Positions 16,280 to 31,487 of a stretch of DNA of 64,000 nucleotides are shown one piece after another. Within the stretch, counting starts at the first letter, position 1; each line of letters starts with the position of its first letter. The DNA is from Basidiobolus meristosporus CBS 931.73 (lineage: Eukaryota > Fungi > Basidiobolomycota). The translations under genes were made by a program, and so were the position numbers. The notes beneath the pieces are model-generated. The model did not search any database, was not told the DNA's origin, and was given only the letters and a program-made list of their open reading frames with translations. The stretch is from assembly GCA_002104905.1 (NCBI GenBank), contig MCFE01000230.1, positions 57,428 through 121,427 of the forward strand, in the 5' to 3' direction.

Positions 16280-17185
16280 TATAAGAAGTACGAATTTTGA
16301 TAGGTGAAATGTACACAAGCAGGAAAGAGGGTAGTTATATAACAAAGAGAGAGCGCTAAATGCCAGACCCAAAGTTAAACTCCGGTTTTAATCACCAATT
16401 TGGGGGTATGCAAACCCTCAAGCTGGAATTCCACTGTCCATACAAGTCACATCATAATCCTGGTAAGCTAATGGTGCTTATTGGTGGCCAAAAAAGCCGA
16501 GATTATTCCTCCAATGAAAAGAATTATCGAATAGTATCTCAGCTCCATCACCTGCAGTTGGCCATGTCTACGGACGCAGGTGCAGCCTCAGACCAAGGGA
16601 GGTGCTTCTAGGAGGCTCAGCGATTTCGGTTGGTGAAAAGCAAGTGGCTTGTCATTAAATGTGACTGAATTACTATTCTACATTGAGCCTTATTTGATCT
16701 AATTAATTTCAAACGTTCGCTGAGGTGATGTGGAATAGTGACCTGCTCAGGTCTAGATCATATGCACGCTTTACCCAACGTGCGGCCATTGTCAATTAAA
16801 CCACGGCAGAAGCACGGCAATTGTCGAATAATCCGTGAATTTTTCCGTATGTATGGTCCGTTGCTGCTCAACCACCAAACAATACAATAATAGAGCCTCA
16901 TTTGGAACCATCACGTGACTTGCAAAGAATCGCCTCAGCAAGGCTTATTTAGGCATTATGGATAGGCCAGTGTTCATTTACAGAATTATTCAAATCGCAA
17001 CAAGAAACATCAGGATGCTATGGAACAGGTATTATTGCTTTCGAGACTACATTCTCCGTGAAATGAATAAAACTCATTAAATTAAATTAAATTATCAAAA
17101 GGACTAGCCTTTGCGGTAGGTTCTCCGCAGAGTGAGCCTATGCCTTCAGTAATAATGCTCAGCAAAAAGATGCTCCTCAACACGA

Positions 17186-17974
17186 TTAAAAGTGATGGTT
17201 GCGATGATACTGATCTAAAGTATTCTTGAATGGATCTGGGCCCTGGTGCGAAGTTGGACTTGCCTGGGTGTGAGACATGTTGTTGAAATTCTCCTGTGAA
17301 GTGGTGGGAATGTATTCCTCTTCATTGTATTCTCTCCACGAACGACGAGCGACCTTGCGATAGACAAATGCGCCAATTGCACTCAAAACAACAAAAGCTC
17401 CAACTACGCCACCAGCGATGGCACCAGCATTTGGTCCACTACTTGACTTGTTCGTACTGGAAGAGCTGCTTGCCGATGAGTTAGCGTCTGGACTGGTAGT
17501 AGGGTTGTTAGCATTTGTGGTTGGCTTTGCCACAGTTGGAACCGGGTTGACAACCGCTGGTTGAGAAGGAACTGTGGTAGCTGTTTGAGTCGCAGTGGTC
17601 TTGACTACCTCAGGTGCTTTGGTTGTAGGGGCGGGTGGCTCCGGAGCCTTAGTTGTAGTGGGGATAGTTGGTTCGGGTGCTTTAGTGGTAGCAGGAGGCG
17701 TCTCAGGAGCTTTAGTAGTGGGAGCTGGTGGTTCAGGCTTAGGATTCTCAGTGGTTGCAGGCTCTTTTGAAGTCGGGTCCGGCTTAACAACAGGCGGAGT
17801 TGGAACAACAGTTGGGGTAGGAGTAACTTTCGCCTCCGTTTTAGGGGTCTCTCCAGCTTCTGACTTCGCTTCACTTTTGGGAGTATCTTTGGGAGCATGG
17901 GTTTCTTGCGCTTGTGCGGATATCACAAATGATACTAATAGCGTTGCTAATACAGCTCCTTTGAATAATTTCAT
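17186..17974 (-). CDS. Pro/Thr-rich single-pass membrane protein (Mid2/Wsc-like architecture)
   Basis: Signal peptide, PTTKAPE repeats, TM AGAIAGGVVGAFVVLSAIGAFVY followed by RK, short cytoplasmic tail. Confidence 0.8.
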   Translation of the reverse strand: MKLFKGAVLATLLVSFVISAQAQETHAPKDTPKSEAKSEAGETPKTEAKVTPTPTVVPTPPVVKPDPTSKEPATTENPKPEPPAPTTKAPETPPATTKAPEPTIPTTTKAPEPPAPTTKAPEVVKTTATQTATTVPSQPAVVNPVPTVAKPTTNANNPTTSPDANSSASSSSSTNKSSSGPNAGAIAGGVVGAFVVLSAIGAFVYRKVARRSWREYNEEEYIPTTSQENFNNMSHTQASPTSHQGPDPFKNTLDQYHRNHHF

Positions 17975-18682
17975 TGTGTGCTTGCACTAAATGATGAAGG
18001 GGGAGGTATGATGATACACAATCACTTGCAAAGTGATAGAAGAACTAAGGAAATCGAGCATAGTTGGTTTGAGGTGCTTTTGTAGAGTTCAAGAAATGAA
18101 AACTTTAGACTAGTACGATCCTGCTGGTGCACAAATAAATTGCTCATTTCAAATTTGGTTTCTTGTAACCGGGATTTCTTGTTTAAACGAGTGCATCCAA
18201 CCAGTGAAAAGCCATTCCTAATATACTCGCCTGAATCAGGAAAACTCAACATTGATTTAGTTTCACTAATGTTAGTTGTGCAGATGGCGGATTTCTCTAG
18301 AGAACTCGTTCCAAGTAACCTAACTATCATGGGAAGATATGGATCTGGGACAGGTGTACATACGCTAATTGGCAAAAGTAGTCATTTACGACTCACTTTA
18401 TTTCTGCATGAATGGATGATGCAATTCGCTATGATCTCAGGATTCTTACTCTAAATTAAGCTCTGCAACTGTAAATCATTTAAAAGAAATACCCGTGCAT
18501 GTGCATATTGAGTGTTGTTAATCATCAAACCACATACAATATAGCCTAGTTTTGCTTTCTTTTGTGGTTGACTAAGATGTACAGCTGAATCTGCGGAACC
18601 TTTCTCCTACAAAGATGGTGATCAAGTTGTAGATTCAAGCTGCTAGTGAAGTTCCAGAAAACTGGTCACGGATAGAGCTTGA

Positions 18683-20882
18683 TTATAACCAGAGTGCTGG
18701 TTCCCGCATCTTCTCTTCCAAATATTCACATAGCCCGTTGGTACGACTCGAGCTAATCGCCTGGAGTTCTGCCTTTTTGTGGGAATGGAGCATGTGGGAT
18801 ATCTCGCGGCTAAAGAGAGTTAGATATTGCCAAGGTCGAAAACAGTGAGCAAAGCACCTATTACACCAATCTTTTATCGTCAAGAATCTCACTTCTGGTC
18901 AGAAGATCGTATCCCTTTCTCATATCAAACTTGGACATTCCCAGTAGGCTATTCTGGGAGATTGGAGATCTTGAAACACCGCGCTTCAGTAAGAAGAGAT
19001 GAAGTGATATCCGCTTGTTATATACCTCTCTCTATCTTGATAATGGAGACCGATCCAGTGTGCTTCTGGTATTGATAGATTGGTCCTGTCGAAAGCCATT
19101 GACTTTGAAAAGAGGTTAAAACGGACAAGCAAGATATAAATAGATACCCCATACCATGGAGCCATACTTGTAGACTGTAAATATCTCCACTCCTAAGATT
19201 TACACAGACTATCAACTGGAAGCCAGTTACAAACCCTTAATGCGACATACCGTAAGGATCATTATCCATTAGACACAAAACAGTAATAGCTCTTAAGGAT
19301 TTCTGATTGTTCTGGTCAATTACCATTCTGATAAATTGACGTGTTACTAGGTCCTTCATAAACGGTTACCCAGCAGCTAATATTTTAGACACAATTGTTT
19401 TTGATACAGTACTGGATACCCCTTCCCCTGAGAAGATTATGTTAGGTGGGGCTGGAAAAGCTGGACAATATACCAACCGTTATTATAACATATGGGCTAC
19501 TTGGACCGCAGAAGCCAGATGATATCAAGTGACGAAACGTAGCCTGCATTGTATGACGATGTGAGTGGTACTTTCATGAACCCGCCGACAATTGCTTACC
19601 TCTTCCTCAACTATCAAGATTAGATTTGCATCCAGCTCTAGATTTGTGAACTCGATGAGCTTCTATTATGGTGAAATGATGCTATACTAGGGAAAGACTT
19701 ATCTAGAATCTGATCGATGGGAGGTATAAGATATCCCTACAACAAATTAGCAGGAGGTTTCACAAGGCTACATTCATGGAGTACCTGATTTTCGCCAGAG
19801 TCCCAGTTGGTACAGTCTATTACGCCACCATTGAACTTCTTAATACGAATATTACCAGATACAAGCCCCTTAGAGGAAGCGATCTAGCATCCATCAGCAA
19901 CACTAATTCTATCTCATGACTCGGCACTTTTTCATTACCACATTGAGATACGACCGGGGGACCAGTAAGGTACAGGCAATATCCTCAATAAGCTAAAGAG
20001 CAAATGTAATTAGTTACTAGAAAACAATCCCCATTTGCTGACTTTGATGTTGTGCATACTTCATCAACAAGATTTTGCGTTTCAAATAACCCTACATCCC
20101 GATAGAAAATATCTCTAATCCAAGAGTGAGAATTAGAGAACGGCACATCCGAGCCCAGTTATTCCTACCTTTTGGTAAAAACAATATTATCGTTTAGTGC
20201 GCTATGGCATATCTCCAGAATTTTCAGTATTGCCGCTTGAAAATCGTCAATTTAGTGCGAAGTTGAGAATATGTTTGTTAGAATGGTGTGATAAAACCGA
20301 ATATTCTTGCTGATTTTGGTGACAGCAAGGAGATGTGCCGCCTAGGGCTTCTATTGATTAGTTTTGCCTTGACCCCTACACTGCTAGGAGGTTGAAATCT
20401 GAGCTTTCCACTGCGACAAACAATCCGCATACCGATTTTTTGTTTTAGCTGCTCGTCGTAGTGCCAAATACAGTGTTGGCTTGATATTCTGCTGAATATC
20501 CATTAGAAGGTGGTTTACTAGTCCTTCAATCTTCTTCATTACGACATTCCTGACATTGGGAAATTCTATTTCTGGGAGTATTTAATGAATCTTGGATGCA
20601 GTTTACCTGGCGTCAAACCTGCTTGCTCTTCTAAAACGGCCTATCAAATTAGGAGCTTCAGTAACAAGTATTGGCAAAGACAATGGACAACTTGCTTTTT
20701 CCTGTCTCTTCAACAAGATTTAGATCCTCAAATTCACTTTCCTGGCCTGATATCTCTTCAAAATATTGGTCGGACTCTTCGGTGGGCATACCGGAGCTTC
20801 TTTTCATCGAATCTGAGCTACTCTCTATCTCAGAAAAGTCGGTACTTGAAGAATCGTGAATACTCAAAGCAGGAGAGCTCAT
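18683..20882 (-). CDS. SPO11: meiotic topoisomerase VI-like subunit A, about a dozen short introns
   Basis: Spliced reading ILKILE..TKRDIFYRDVGLFETQNLVDELIEDIACTL..R..LNVIASSKGLVSG, LIVEEEATF, IITGKGYPDLVTR, MDNDPYG..I..VYKYGS and KKAELQA. 5' exon structure approximate. Confidence 0.9.
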
Positions 20883-21262
20883 TTCTCTGCACCAATAGCT
20901 CCTTCATTTTTGGCATGATTAATCTTGGCCAATGTTGCCACACGTATATGCTTACCTTTTGCCGAATGAACCAGTTTTGTAGGTAAATGAATTTGATTTA
21001 TAGTTAATACTTCGCCTTGCATATAATCAAGCCTGACTGAATGCATATAGTGATAACGTTCCTTGTCAATCATGTTCCTGGGTTTTGCGAATAGAATGGG
21101 CTTTTTCGAGTATAAACAGAGCAAAACCTGTTGAGTGAAGTGCAATATGTAGCCAATGGGTAAAAAAGAAGCTCATCGATATTGAGAAGTGTTTATTTAA
21201 TGACGACGGTATCCCATAAAAAATGTGTATATCTAGGTATATGCTAGCGACTATTTATATTT

Positions 21263-22902
<1,640 letters not shown>

Positions 22903-23513
22903 CTAATGGGTAATAGTATACCTTGCAAATGCCTATCATAGAATGCTGGTTATTACTAATTGATTATGCCTGTTATCTCACATAAATTAGTAATCCTACT
23001 AAAATATTTACAATATTTTACAATATTTTAGGCAAAAGAGGAAATGTTGATTGACAATCCAACATATGCCACCATTATTAGTTTAAACAGAAATCTCAGT
23101 TGCTTCGCAAGATTAGATTTACTCACAAGCTCCATAGTTTCTAGGCCAGTCTTTTACAGAAGAGGAAACGCTGATTGACAATCCTATTTAATCGGAGATT
23201 TATGCAACGATGCAGTTTTATCACAAATCTAAGCCAAAACTCCATAAATTGTTTCAAGCATAAATTTAAATACAAATCTATGTCCAAAACTTCGGAAACA
23301 GAGATTCATGTGCATGAATATTCGTTGGGGTCGTTCTGGGGAAAGCTGTGGTTAGCTTGCGTTGAATTGTTACGCTTCCCCAAATCTAGAAGTGCTCTTT
23401 TGGATCGAAATTAATCAACCCCAAAAACGCACCCCGGACATACTGATTTGACTTCAAAACTAAAGTGATTACTAGCAAGTTCGTTGTCTACACACCTCAA
23501 CGAGAAACTCAAC

Positions 23514-23819
23514 ATGGGCGGATACTACGTAATTGCTGGTAAGAAGATCTTGAACGAATACGTAAGTAGTATTTTTCTTGCTACCTGTTGTATAGGAATG
23601 TGCTGCGTAAGCCCTTTCTAACTCCTGTTTTAGCTTGCCATTGGTACACTTGTTGGTCTGGGAGCCAGTGTGTATGCTGCCACCAAGTATACCGGTTCTA
23701 AGAAGCCCGAGACCCCCATTGCCGACAAGCCTTTGCCTACTGTTGATACCACTGTCGATGAGGAAGATTTCATCAACGAGTTTATCAAGGCTGCTGAAAG
23801 CGAGCAAACCAAGAATTAA
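23514..23819 (+). CDS. ATP19: mitochondrial ATP synthase subunit k
   Basis: Exons 23514-23561 and 23634-23819 give MGGYYVIAGKKILNEYLAIGTL...DEEDFINEFIKAAE (77 aa). Not shown by the ORF track. Confidence 0.8.
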
Positions 23820-24181
23820 GCCTCCCTTTCCATCGTTTTGCTTAACCTCATTAATCATTGCATCGTATCTCACCATTGTCATAAGTAAACCCTCTTAGTG
23901 TCAAGAGAATTGAATGAGATGAAACTCTTTTGTCTGCACTTGACGGAAATAGTTTACCATTAAATGAACACATAAATCCATCGTACTTCTTTCTTTTTCA
24001 CTCTATTTTCGAAACGCCAACCATATAAGCAACTGAAGTGTAGGCTTGGTTTATTTCGTAACATTAAGATCGGAGGCTACAAGTCTCGAGTAGTAGATTT
24101 CCTTGATGCAGAAGACTGCAAATTCAGAACCCAAGGAGCATGATATCCGCAAATGATACGTTTAATGTTATCTACATGGAC

Positions 24182-24847
24182 TTAGTCATCGTTGATGAGT
24201 CCAAGAATCATTCTACAGAACAAAGACCATGTTAGATACAATTCAAAAAAGTTGCACAGCATTCAAGAACTTACCTATAGAGGTAATAGAAAAAGCATAG
24301 AAGGTAGAAAGCTAATTTGAAGAAAGACTCTTTCTTGTGTTGAGGAAGAGTACGGAAGATCTCAGTAGCGTCGTACATATGCTTTCTGTTAAGCAATCTG
24401 AATATGGAGAAAGGTTATGTTTCTACAATCAGGGTTAGACATTCTGAGAGGAAACTCACTGTCTAGTGTTGTAGGCAACAATGGGTACGTTTAGGAGCAT
24501 AGCAATCCAGCTTCCGGTCAAGAAAAAGGCGGCGATTATTAGGTATTGGACAAGATATTCAGGGAGAACAAACTATAAGGCAACAATATAAGTAAGAAGA
24601 ACCAAGATGAGTAAATGTTCGAACGTAGAGTACTTGGTTGAGTTTGTTGCACAAGTCGATAGGGTTAATGTAGTCGCTCTCCAGATCCGTTAGCATGATG
24701 ACCTATTGTTAGTTAAGAATATCAAACGCATTGGTTGTAAATCTACTACGAAACAAACGGGTTTAAGGATACGTAAAAGACCATTCCGAAGAGCATAACG
24801 CCCGACAGTACAAGGGCGAGCATAAACAGGAGTGCTTCTCCGCTCAT
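24182..24847 (-). CDS. ERV14: cornichon-family ER cargo receptor
   Basis: Spliced MSGEALLFML..DLESDYINPIDLCNKLNQFVLPEY..LLNVPIVAYN..YDATEIFRTL..HKKESFFKLAFYLLCFFYYLYRMI. Missed by the ORF track. Confidence 0.9.
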
Positions 24848-26007
24848 TATTGAAGTGATTAGTTTATTATGGTGTCAGCGTTTTTGCGGAAGACCAGTAT
24901 GAAGGAATCCTCGATACCATTACTTTCGAGATACCATGTTAACACGTGATGGTAAATATTTTATCAAAAAAAATCAATAGCCACTAAGAGGGCGACATGG
25001 CAGAATATCTCAATTGAAATTTAATGCCGTTATGATGATGATTTCCTCGAGTAAAAGCCATGTGAAAACTAACTAGTATCAATCGAGTAAATAACATCAC
25101 GTGGGTAAGTTTCGTTGATTCCCGAATGATGGACCATCCACAGTTGTGGGATACTATATACCCATAGGGCATAAATAGTCACACGCATTATACGGACTGC
25201 TCCTGAACTTAGTTTATTCTTGGCAAGCATATATTTCCTTTTACAGATGTTTGCGAGCAATTACTATACCAGCTGACTGTTTCCCTGATCAAAATAAGGC
25301 GAGAGCCCTCAGATAAGAGATAAGGTTGGGAAAAATTACAAAAAAACAAAACCCATTCAAAAAAACCGTTACTGGCCTTCAAAAGCAGTCCATAGATTGC
25401 GCCTTCTGCGGTGCGCCCTCCCCTACTTTGGTTGACTTGAAAGCTCATGTGAGGAGGACATCTAGATAAGAACAAAACAACAATTACTAATTAGATCATA
25501 GTTACCTATCGCTTAGATTACTAATTAACTAGGTTGCGTTATCCTGGAAAAGTACCCACATTCATGAAAATTGCTTTGATCAGATGACCTCTCCAATCAA
25601 GCATTCGTAACACAATGTTTTGCAAAATCTTCTACAGTATGCAGCCTCAGACTCGACTTTCCAGAGCATTATTAGTGTGCAATCAGCTGACCATTCGATC
25701 AGTTCCCTGATCTTGCGGATCTACAAGGCGGAGCAGAAAATGATGGCGTTCTTTGTTACGTAAATCAGATGAATACAACACATCTCTATTCCCCCTATTT
25801 GCAGACCAACTGAGACAGAGTCAAGGCTCAGAGCCACTGTGGCTCAATCAAATTGAGGAAACATGACTTGGCCTCTTAAATCTGGTGGAACTGGCCTATG
25901 AGGGTGCGCATTGTAATTGTGGACAATAGAGGGTTCTCGGGAGATTATGGAAAAATGACGGAAGGATTAGGAGGAGAATAAGCCCACGGTCAAGTATAAA
26001 TACGAGG

Positions 26008-26355
26008 ATGAATTCCATGAACGTTCGCAACCAAACTACTCTACAATCCAAAATGAACTCTCTTCGCACTGTCGCTTTAAACAACGCAAGAAACTTCTCT
26101 CTTGCTCCTCGAGTTGGATCTTCCATCGGAATTCGCTCATACACCAACAACCCACGTTACCCTTCTGATGATAAGGAGCATGTTCGCTTTGAATCAGCAC
26201 ACCACGATTACTTGTCGAGTGTCTTGAAGACTTCCTCGGAGGAGGATTGGTCTACTCCAGCCATTCAAAATCACCCAGAGAGTGCAACCGATTATGCGTT
26301 TGCTTCCGCTAGTAACAATGAAGAGCTTTGGGAGGACCTCGTAAAGGATGTCTAA
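26008..26355 (+). CDS. small hypothetical protein, possible mitochondrial presequence
   Basis: Single ATG-started ORF. Basic amphipathic N-terminus (MNSLRTVALNNARNFSLAPRVGSSIGIRSY) and acidic C-terminus. Start may be the third Met. Confidence 0.55.
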   Translation: MNSMNVRNQTTLQSKMNSLRTVALNNARNFSLAPRVGSSIGIRSYTNNPRYPSDDKEHVRFESAHHDYLSSVLKTSSEEDWSTPAIQNHPESATDYAFASASNNEELWEDLVKDV

Positions 26356-27221
26356 TGGTCCATAGTCAAGCTTGGAATTCTCCGTCAGCACTATACATAT
26401 GAAGCATCATTAACGAGAGCGTTCATTCCCCCGACCCTCCGATTTATATATATATATTCAAGTGTAATTCTAACCGATTAGCTTTCACAATGTACAAACA
26501 GCGAAGCAAAAATAAAGGCTCCAAGTATCTGTCCTACGTACTTTAGATCTAGTTACACTGTTACACGTTGGCAACATGTACAATATGTTATCAGATTGAT
26601 CAGCTTGTACTGCGTGCTGTTATCGAATTGATCAGTTGTAATTGATGAAACTGTATGCTAATCAACCGCTCCACGCAGTTTCAATACATCTTCCAGCATT
26701 TGCAGATGCTGGATAAGAATCAGTATGATTAGATTGATGCATAGGACAGGATCACCATTCCCTTGGGTCATCAACGTCAATTAGGAGTTGGATTCCGGAT
26801 GGTCAAATGGATTGGGCCTGTGTTTAAAAAGGAAGAGTCAAATTCGCCGCTACGAGGAGGAGCACTCGTCTGAGGAAATATTATTGAACTTAAACTTGCA
26901 TAATAAGGTTTTCCTCTGCCTTGGAGTCACAACAGTAGAGTGGCTCTTTATGCACATCAAGTCACTCTTGTCATGCCAGGAATTCCTTCTGACCAATGGG
27001 CAAAGAGGAACGGAGACGGTTTGGTTCATAAATTGGAGCTTAGTTTAGCCCAGCCCTAAGCAGATATCTCCCGAGGGATATTGGGATTTGGTTTAAGCAG
27101 ATGTCTCCCGAGTGATCAAATGTTTACGATTGGCCTAAGCTAATCATCCGGGAAATGGCTTTAAGCAAGCATTCAAATTTCTTCGCTTCTTTCTCTTTTG
27201 TAATCCCTTGGATTTCTAAAC

Positions 27222-27752
27222 ATGGTGAGTATTGCGTTCCAATCATGGCCAGCTGGATGGATGGCTAAATCCCCTTCATTAGATTTGAACTAACGGCTCC
27301 TCTCCGTATAGCCTACCAGACTTCACCACAACAGGAAGAAGCGTGGACACGTTTCTGCTGGTCACGGTCGTGTTGGAAAACACAGAAAACACCCAGGAGG
27401 TCGTGGTCTTGCCGGTGGTCAACATCACCACCGTATCAACATGGACAAATACCATCCTGGTTACTTCGGTAAAGTAGGTATGCGTCATTTCCACTTGACC
27501 AGAAACAAGTACTACCGCCCCACCGTCAACCTCGACAAACTTTGGACCCTTGTTTCCGACCAAACCCGTACCAAGTATGCTGACAACAAGGAGATCGTCC
27601 CCGTCATCGACACCCTCCGTGCCGGTTTCGGCAAGGTTTTGGGCAAGGGACGTCTCCCTGAACAACCCGTTATTGTCAAGGCTCGCTACGTCTCCCGCCG
27701 TGCTGAAGAGAAGATCAAGCAAACCGGTGGATGTGTTGTTCTTACTGCTTAA
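27222..27752 (+). CDS. RPL28: 60S ribosomal protein uL15 (L27A/L28)
   Basis: ATG exon, intron 27225-27311, then [32 protein letters not shown]...[15 protein letters not shown]. Confidence 0.97.
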
Positions 27753-28354
27753 GCGGTGTATCCACAATGAAGTGAATAAAGTTGCTATCTAGCGATGCAT
27801 TGCACCAACAAGTTCCCTTCTGATCACCCCGATATCGCATTGTGCTTTCTAAGCATTGTGCTTCCCGACTACAGGTTGCGAGGCGTCTGAATTCAGTTGA
27901 TTCTACTGCATGCTGAATGCATCCTTGCCCTATGTTGGTGATTGGTGTTTTGGCTCCTATACATGTATAGCTTCACCATCGACTGCCGCCGCCCTCCCGC
28001 CAATGAAAAGCCCTTGGCCAAGGAGTTTCATCTGCACATTCCATCAATTAAAAATAGTACCCGTGATCCTATTTGAGTGAGGGTGAGGGTTAGGTGGTGC
28101 GGGCGGGTAGTATCGTTCTTAAATTAATCCCAAATAGATTCTGAAGTCACAACCTAATCCCTTGTTTTTGAAAGCCACGTCCACATAGCCAGTTTTCGCT
28201 GCGGTTGTCCATTTTCACTCGCCAGAAAACCGCTTCTCCCTAACCTTAGCAGCCTTTGCGCTCCCCTTGACTGCTGAAATCGGCTTACTTCCACCACACA
28301 AGTTAATGAAAAGTTTCTAACCAGAAAGAGCTACGGAGTATTGCCTATCATCCC

Positions 28355-31330
28355 ATGCAGAGTTCTTCACAAGATTCAGCTCTCTTAGGGAGCAACGTAC
28401 CTTACATAGCTTATAATGACAACGATCCTTTGGAGGACAATGAGAGCAGCTTCCCCCTGTATTCAAACAGCTCAGACAGAGATCGTCTCTTAAACCAGGG
28501 GTTTACCTCCACTTACGATCCAGAGCCCGAGGATGATTACGAGGAGGATGAGGCGCCTCCCTCACTTATGATAGAACTAAACCACCTTAACCAACCAAGA
28601 CCAAACCAAGTTCCCAGGAGGAAGGGGCTATCGCGGGTGTACAAATCCATTCCAACCTCGGAGCTGCGAGAGAGAGCTCTCTATCGTTGGCACAACATTG
28701 ACAATCTAGACGTATTCTTTGAACGAGTAAATAGAGCCCACTTCGTGCCAGCAAACAGCGGCCGTTACTAAACCCATCTATAGGTGTACTCGTACTACAC
28801 TGGAAAAGGGATATATTGTATTTTACTTTCCCGGGTGCTAAATCTTTTGTAAGTTGGTTCATCCCGAGTTCCATCCAAGTGACACGTTGCTAATGGTGCG
28901 TAGATCATTTGCATTCATCATTGGGTTCACCCTCTTTATCGTGGACTGTGTTGATTACTCGAAGATCCAGCCGGACGGGCACCTCTCGGATATTGTGATC
29001 CCTCAATGCATTACCAGGTAGCACCCCACACCGACCATTGGATTTGTCACGAACCCGTCCTAACTGGTCGACTTTCCAGGCTGTCTGGTGTATCTGCGTT
29101 GTTCACCATCATATTCTTTGTCTTTTGGATTTGGCAGTTCCTTCGATTGATCTTTGACATTCGGGGTTTATTCGACATGTACCATTTCTACACGTACCTC
29201 TTGGAGATCCCCGACGTGAGTAGTTCCTGTCGCCGCCCGAGGAGGGTTGTTTACTAACACGCTGGTGATACGTAGGTCGATATGCAAACCATCGAGTGGA
29301 GAGAAGTGGTGAACAGAATCATTGATTTGAACGAGCATAACCCCTCAGTGCTAGCAAACCAGCAGAGCAGAATGAACGTTCACAGCATTGCCAACCGAAT
29401 CATGCGGAAGGAAAACTACATGATCGCCTTGTTCAACAAAGAGATCTTGGACTTAACAATCCCGTTTCCATTTCTGCGACATCGTAAGATACTTACGAAG
29501 ACACTGGAGTGGAACCTTTCATTCTGCATTGTCAGCTACGTGTTTGACGAGCAGGGGCAAGTGCGCAAGCGTTTTCTACGTGACGTGCAAAGAGGCCATC
29601 TTGTTCAAGGGTATGTGGAGTTGATGGCGGCCGTGGCCTGATACCGTATTTAACAGCCAGCTCCTTTAGACTGAAGCGCCGTTTTTACTTTATGGGAATA
29701 ATCAATATTATCTTTGCCCCTTTTATCATTATCTATCTGATTCTGTTCTTCTTCTTCCGGTATTTTGAGGTATGTGGCCGCTCTACCGCAGGCACGCTGA
29801 CCATGCGTAACCATTTTCGTGTCAATGTCATCTCAGGAATACTACAAAAACCCTAGCTCCCTTGGGTCCAGACAGTACACTCCTTTTGCGCGCTGGAAGT
29901 TCAGAGAGTTCAACGAGCTCCCACACCTCTTCCAAAAGCGCTTGACCAACAGCTACGACAACGCCATGAAATACATCAACCAATTTCCAAAGGAGAAAAC
30001 TGCACTGATTTCACGGTAGCTAGAACTATCCGTACCACCACTTTTCCCACAGGCTTCTAATTCGGAATGTAGGTTTGTTGCGTTCATCGCTGGCTCATTT
30101 GCCGCGGTGTTGGCCGTCATCACTATTGTTGATCAAGAGGTTCTGCTTGGCTTCCAGATTTCCCCCGACAAAACCGTGTTCTTCTACATTGGTGTGTTTG
30201 GTACGATCCTGGCCATTAGCCGTGGAATGATCCCGAGCGAGAACCACGTATTCGAACCTCAAAATATGCTGCAGGAGGTTGTGGAGGACACCCATTATCT
30301 GCCGTTGGAGTGGCAGGGAAAACTCCACACTGACGAGGTTAGGCCCGATTCGAAAGGGCTGCCATCAGCATTCGCTAACGGTTAGGTTGGAATATAGGTC
30401 CGAAAACAATTTTGCGAGCTTTTCGATTACAAGGTGTCGATCTTCTTGCAAGAAACCCTCAGCGTGATCTTCACTCCTTTCATCCTTTGGATCTCTCTTC
30501 CTTCCTGCAGTGATATCCTTTTTTACCATCCCTTCCGGAACCAGCCTCCGTAAGCTTCTCATTATCACTTAACTTGGTCCCCACAGAAGATTGTGGATTT
30601 CTTTAGAGAATTCACTGTCCATGTAGATGGCGTTGGATATGTTTGCAGCTTTGCGGTATTCAATTTCAAACGGAACGGAAACATCAAGGTACCAGTGCTC
30701 AACCCCATTGCTAACCACTCCTTCTAAACCGGATTGATATTTAGTACGGTGCACCGGCGGAGACGGAGAACGAGTACTTCGCCTCCAAAGAAGGAAAGAT
30801 GGAGAAGTCTTTTCTCAACTTCAAGGTAAGCGTGGGTCGGGCGGCGGTGGTTGAGGTTCTGTTTCTAACAACCCATTCGCAGGCGAACAACCCGGAGTGG
30901 CAGCCCAACGATCCATCCGCCTCAATATTCCTCAGCCGATTTAATGAATTCTCGAACAACGCGCGCCATGTGAGCATTTCGGAGTCACCGGAGTTCGCCA
31001 TGGGGTCAAGTAACATACTTCGGAACCGACATGGCTATGACAACCTTCGAAGAGGGTCGACCTTCAAATCCCCCAACGTTAGACGACCGGTGGCCATCCC
31101 GAAGGTATATGTGGCTGATGAGGATAGTGGCCAGATCTCTGGATCCGAAGGAACCGCCGAATCCGCCCTTTTGTCCTCAGGAAGCTCATTACATGGCCAT
31201 CACCATGGGCGTTCCGGGGCAGGAATCATCGCGTTGCTGAATCAGGTAAGTCCGGGTGGGGAGGCACCGGAGAAACGGAGGCTAACGCTTCTCTTGGCAG
31301 ATTTACGAGAACAATGGACTACTTGGCTAG
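28355..31330 (+). CDS. ATG9: autophagy lipid scramblase
   Basis: [87 protein letters not shown] and [11 protein letters not shown]. Many introns. Confidence 0.95.
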
Positions 31331-31487
31331 TAATGAATGGGATTGTATATATAACATGAGGAGGAAGCAAGTTTGTATTAGGAAACAAGAGAAATTCAAT
31401 GTATCGAGTCAGTTTATCGAATCAGTAAAAATCGAGGGGTTATTTTATTATTCCTGCGTTTGCCTAAATACGATCCATAAACACGCC

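Noticed and set aside
24941-25105. CACGTG E-boxes upstream of ERV14 as Pho4 sites
   Set aside because: A 6-mer occurs by chance several times in the window (also 16912, 32680, 40131, 43408) with no functional link.
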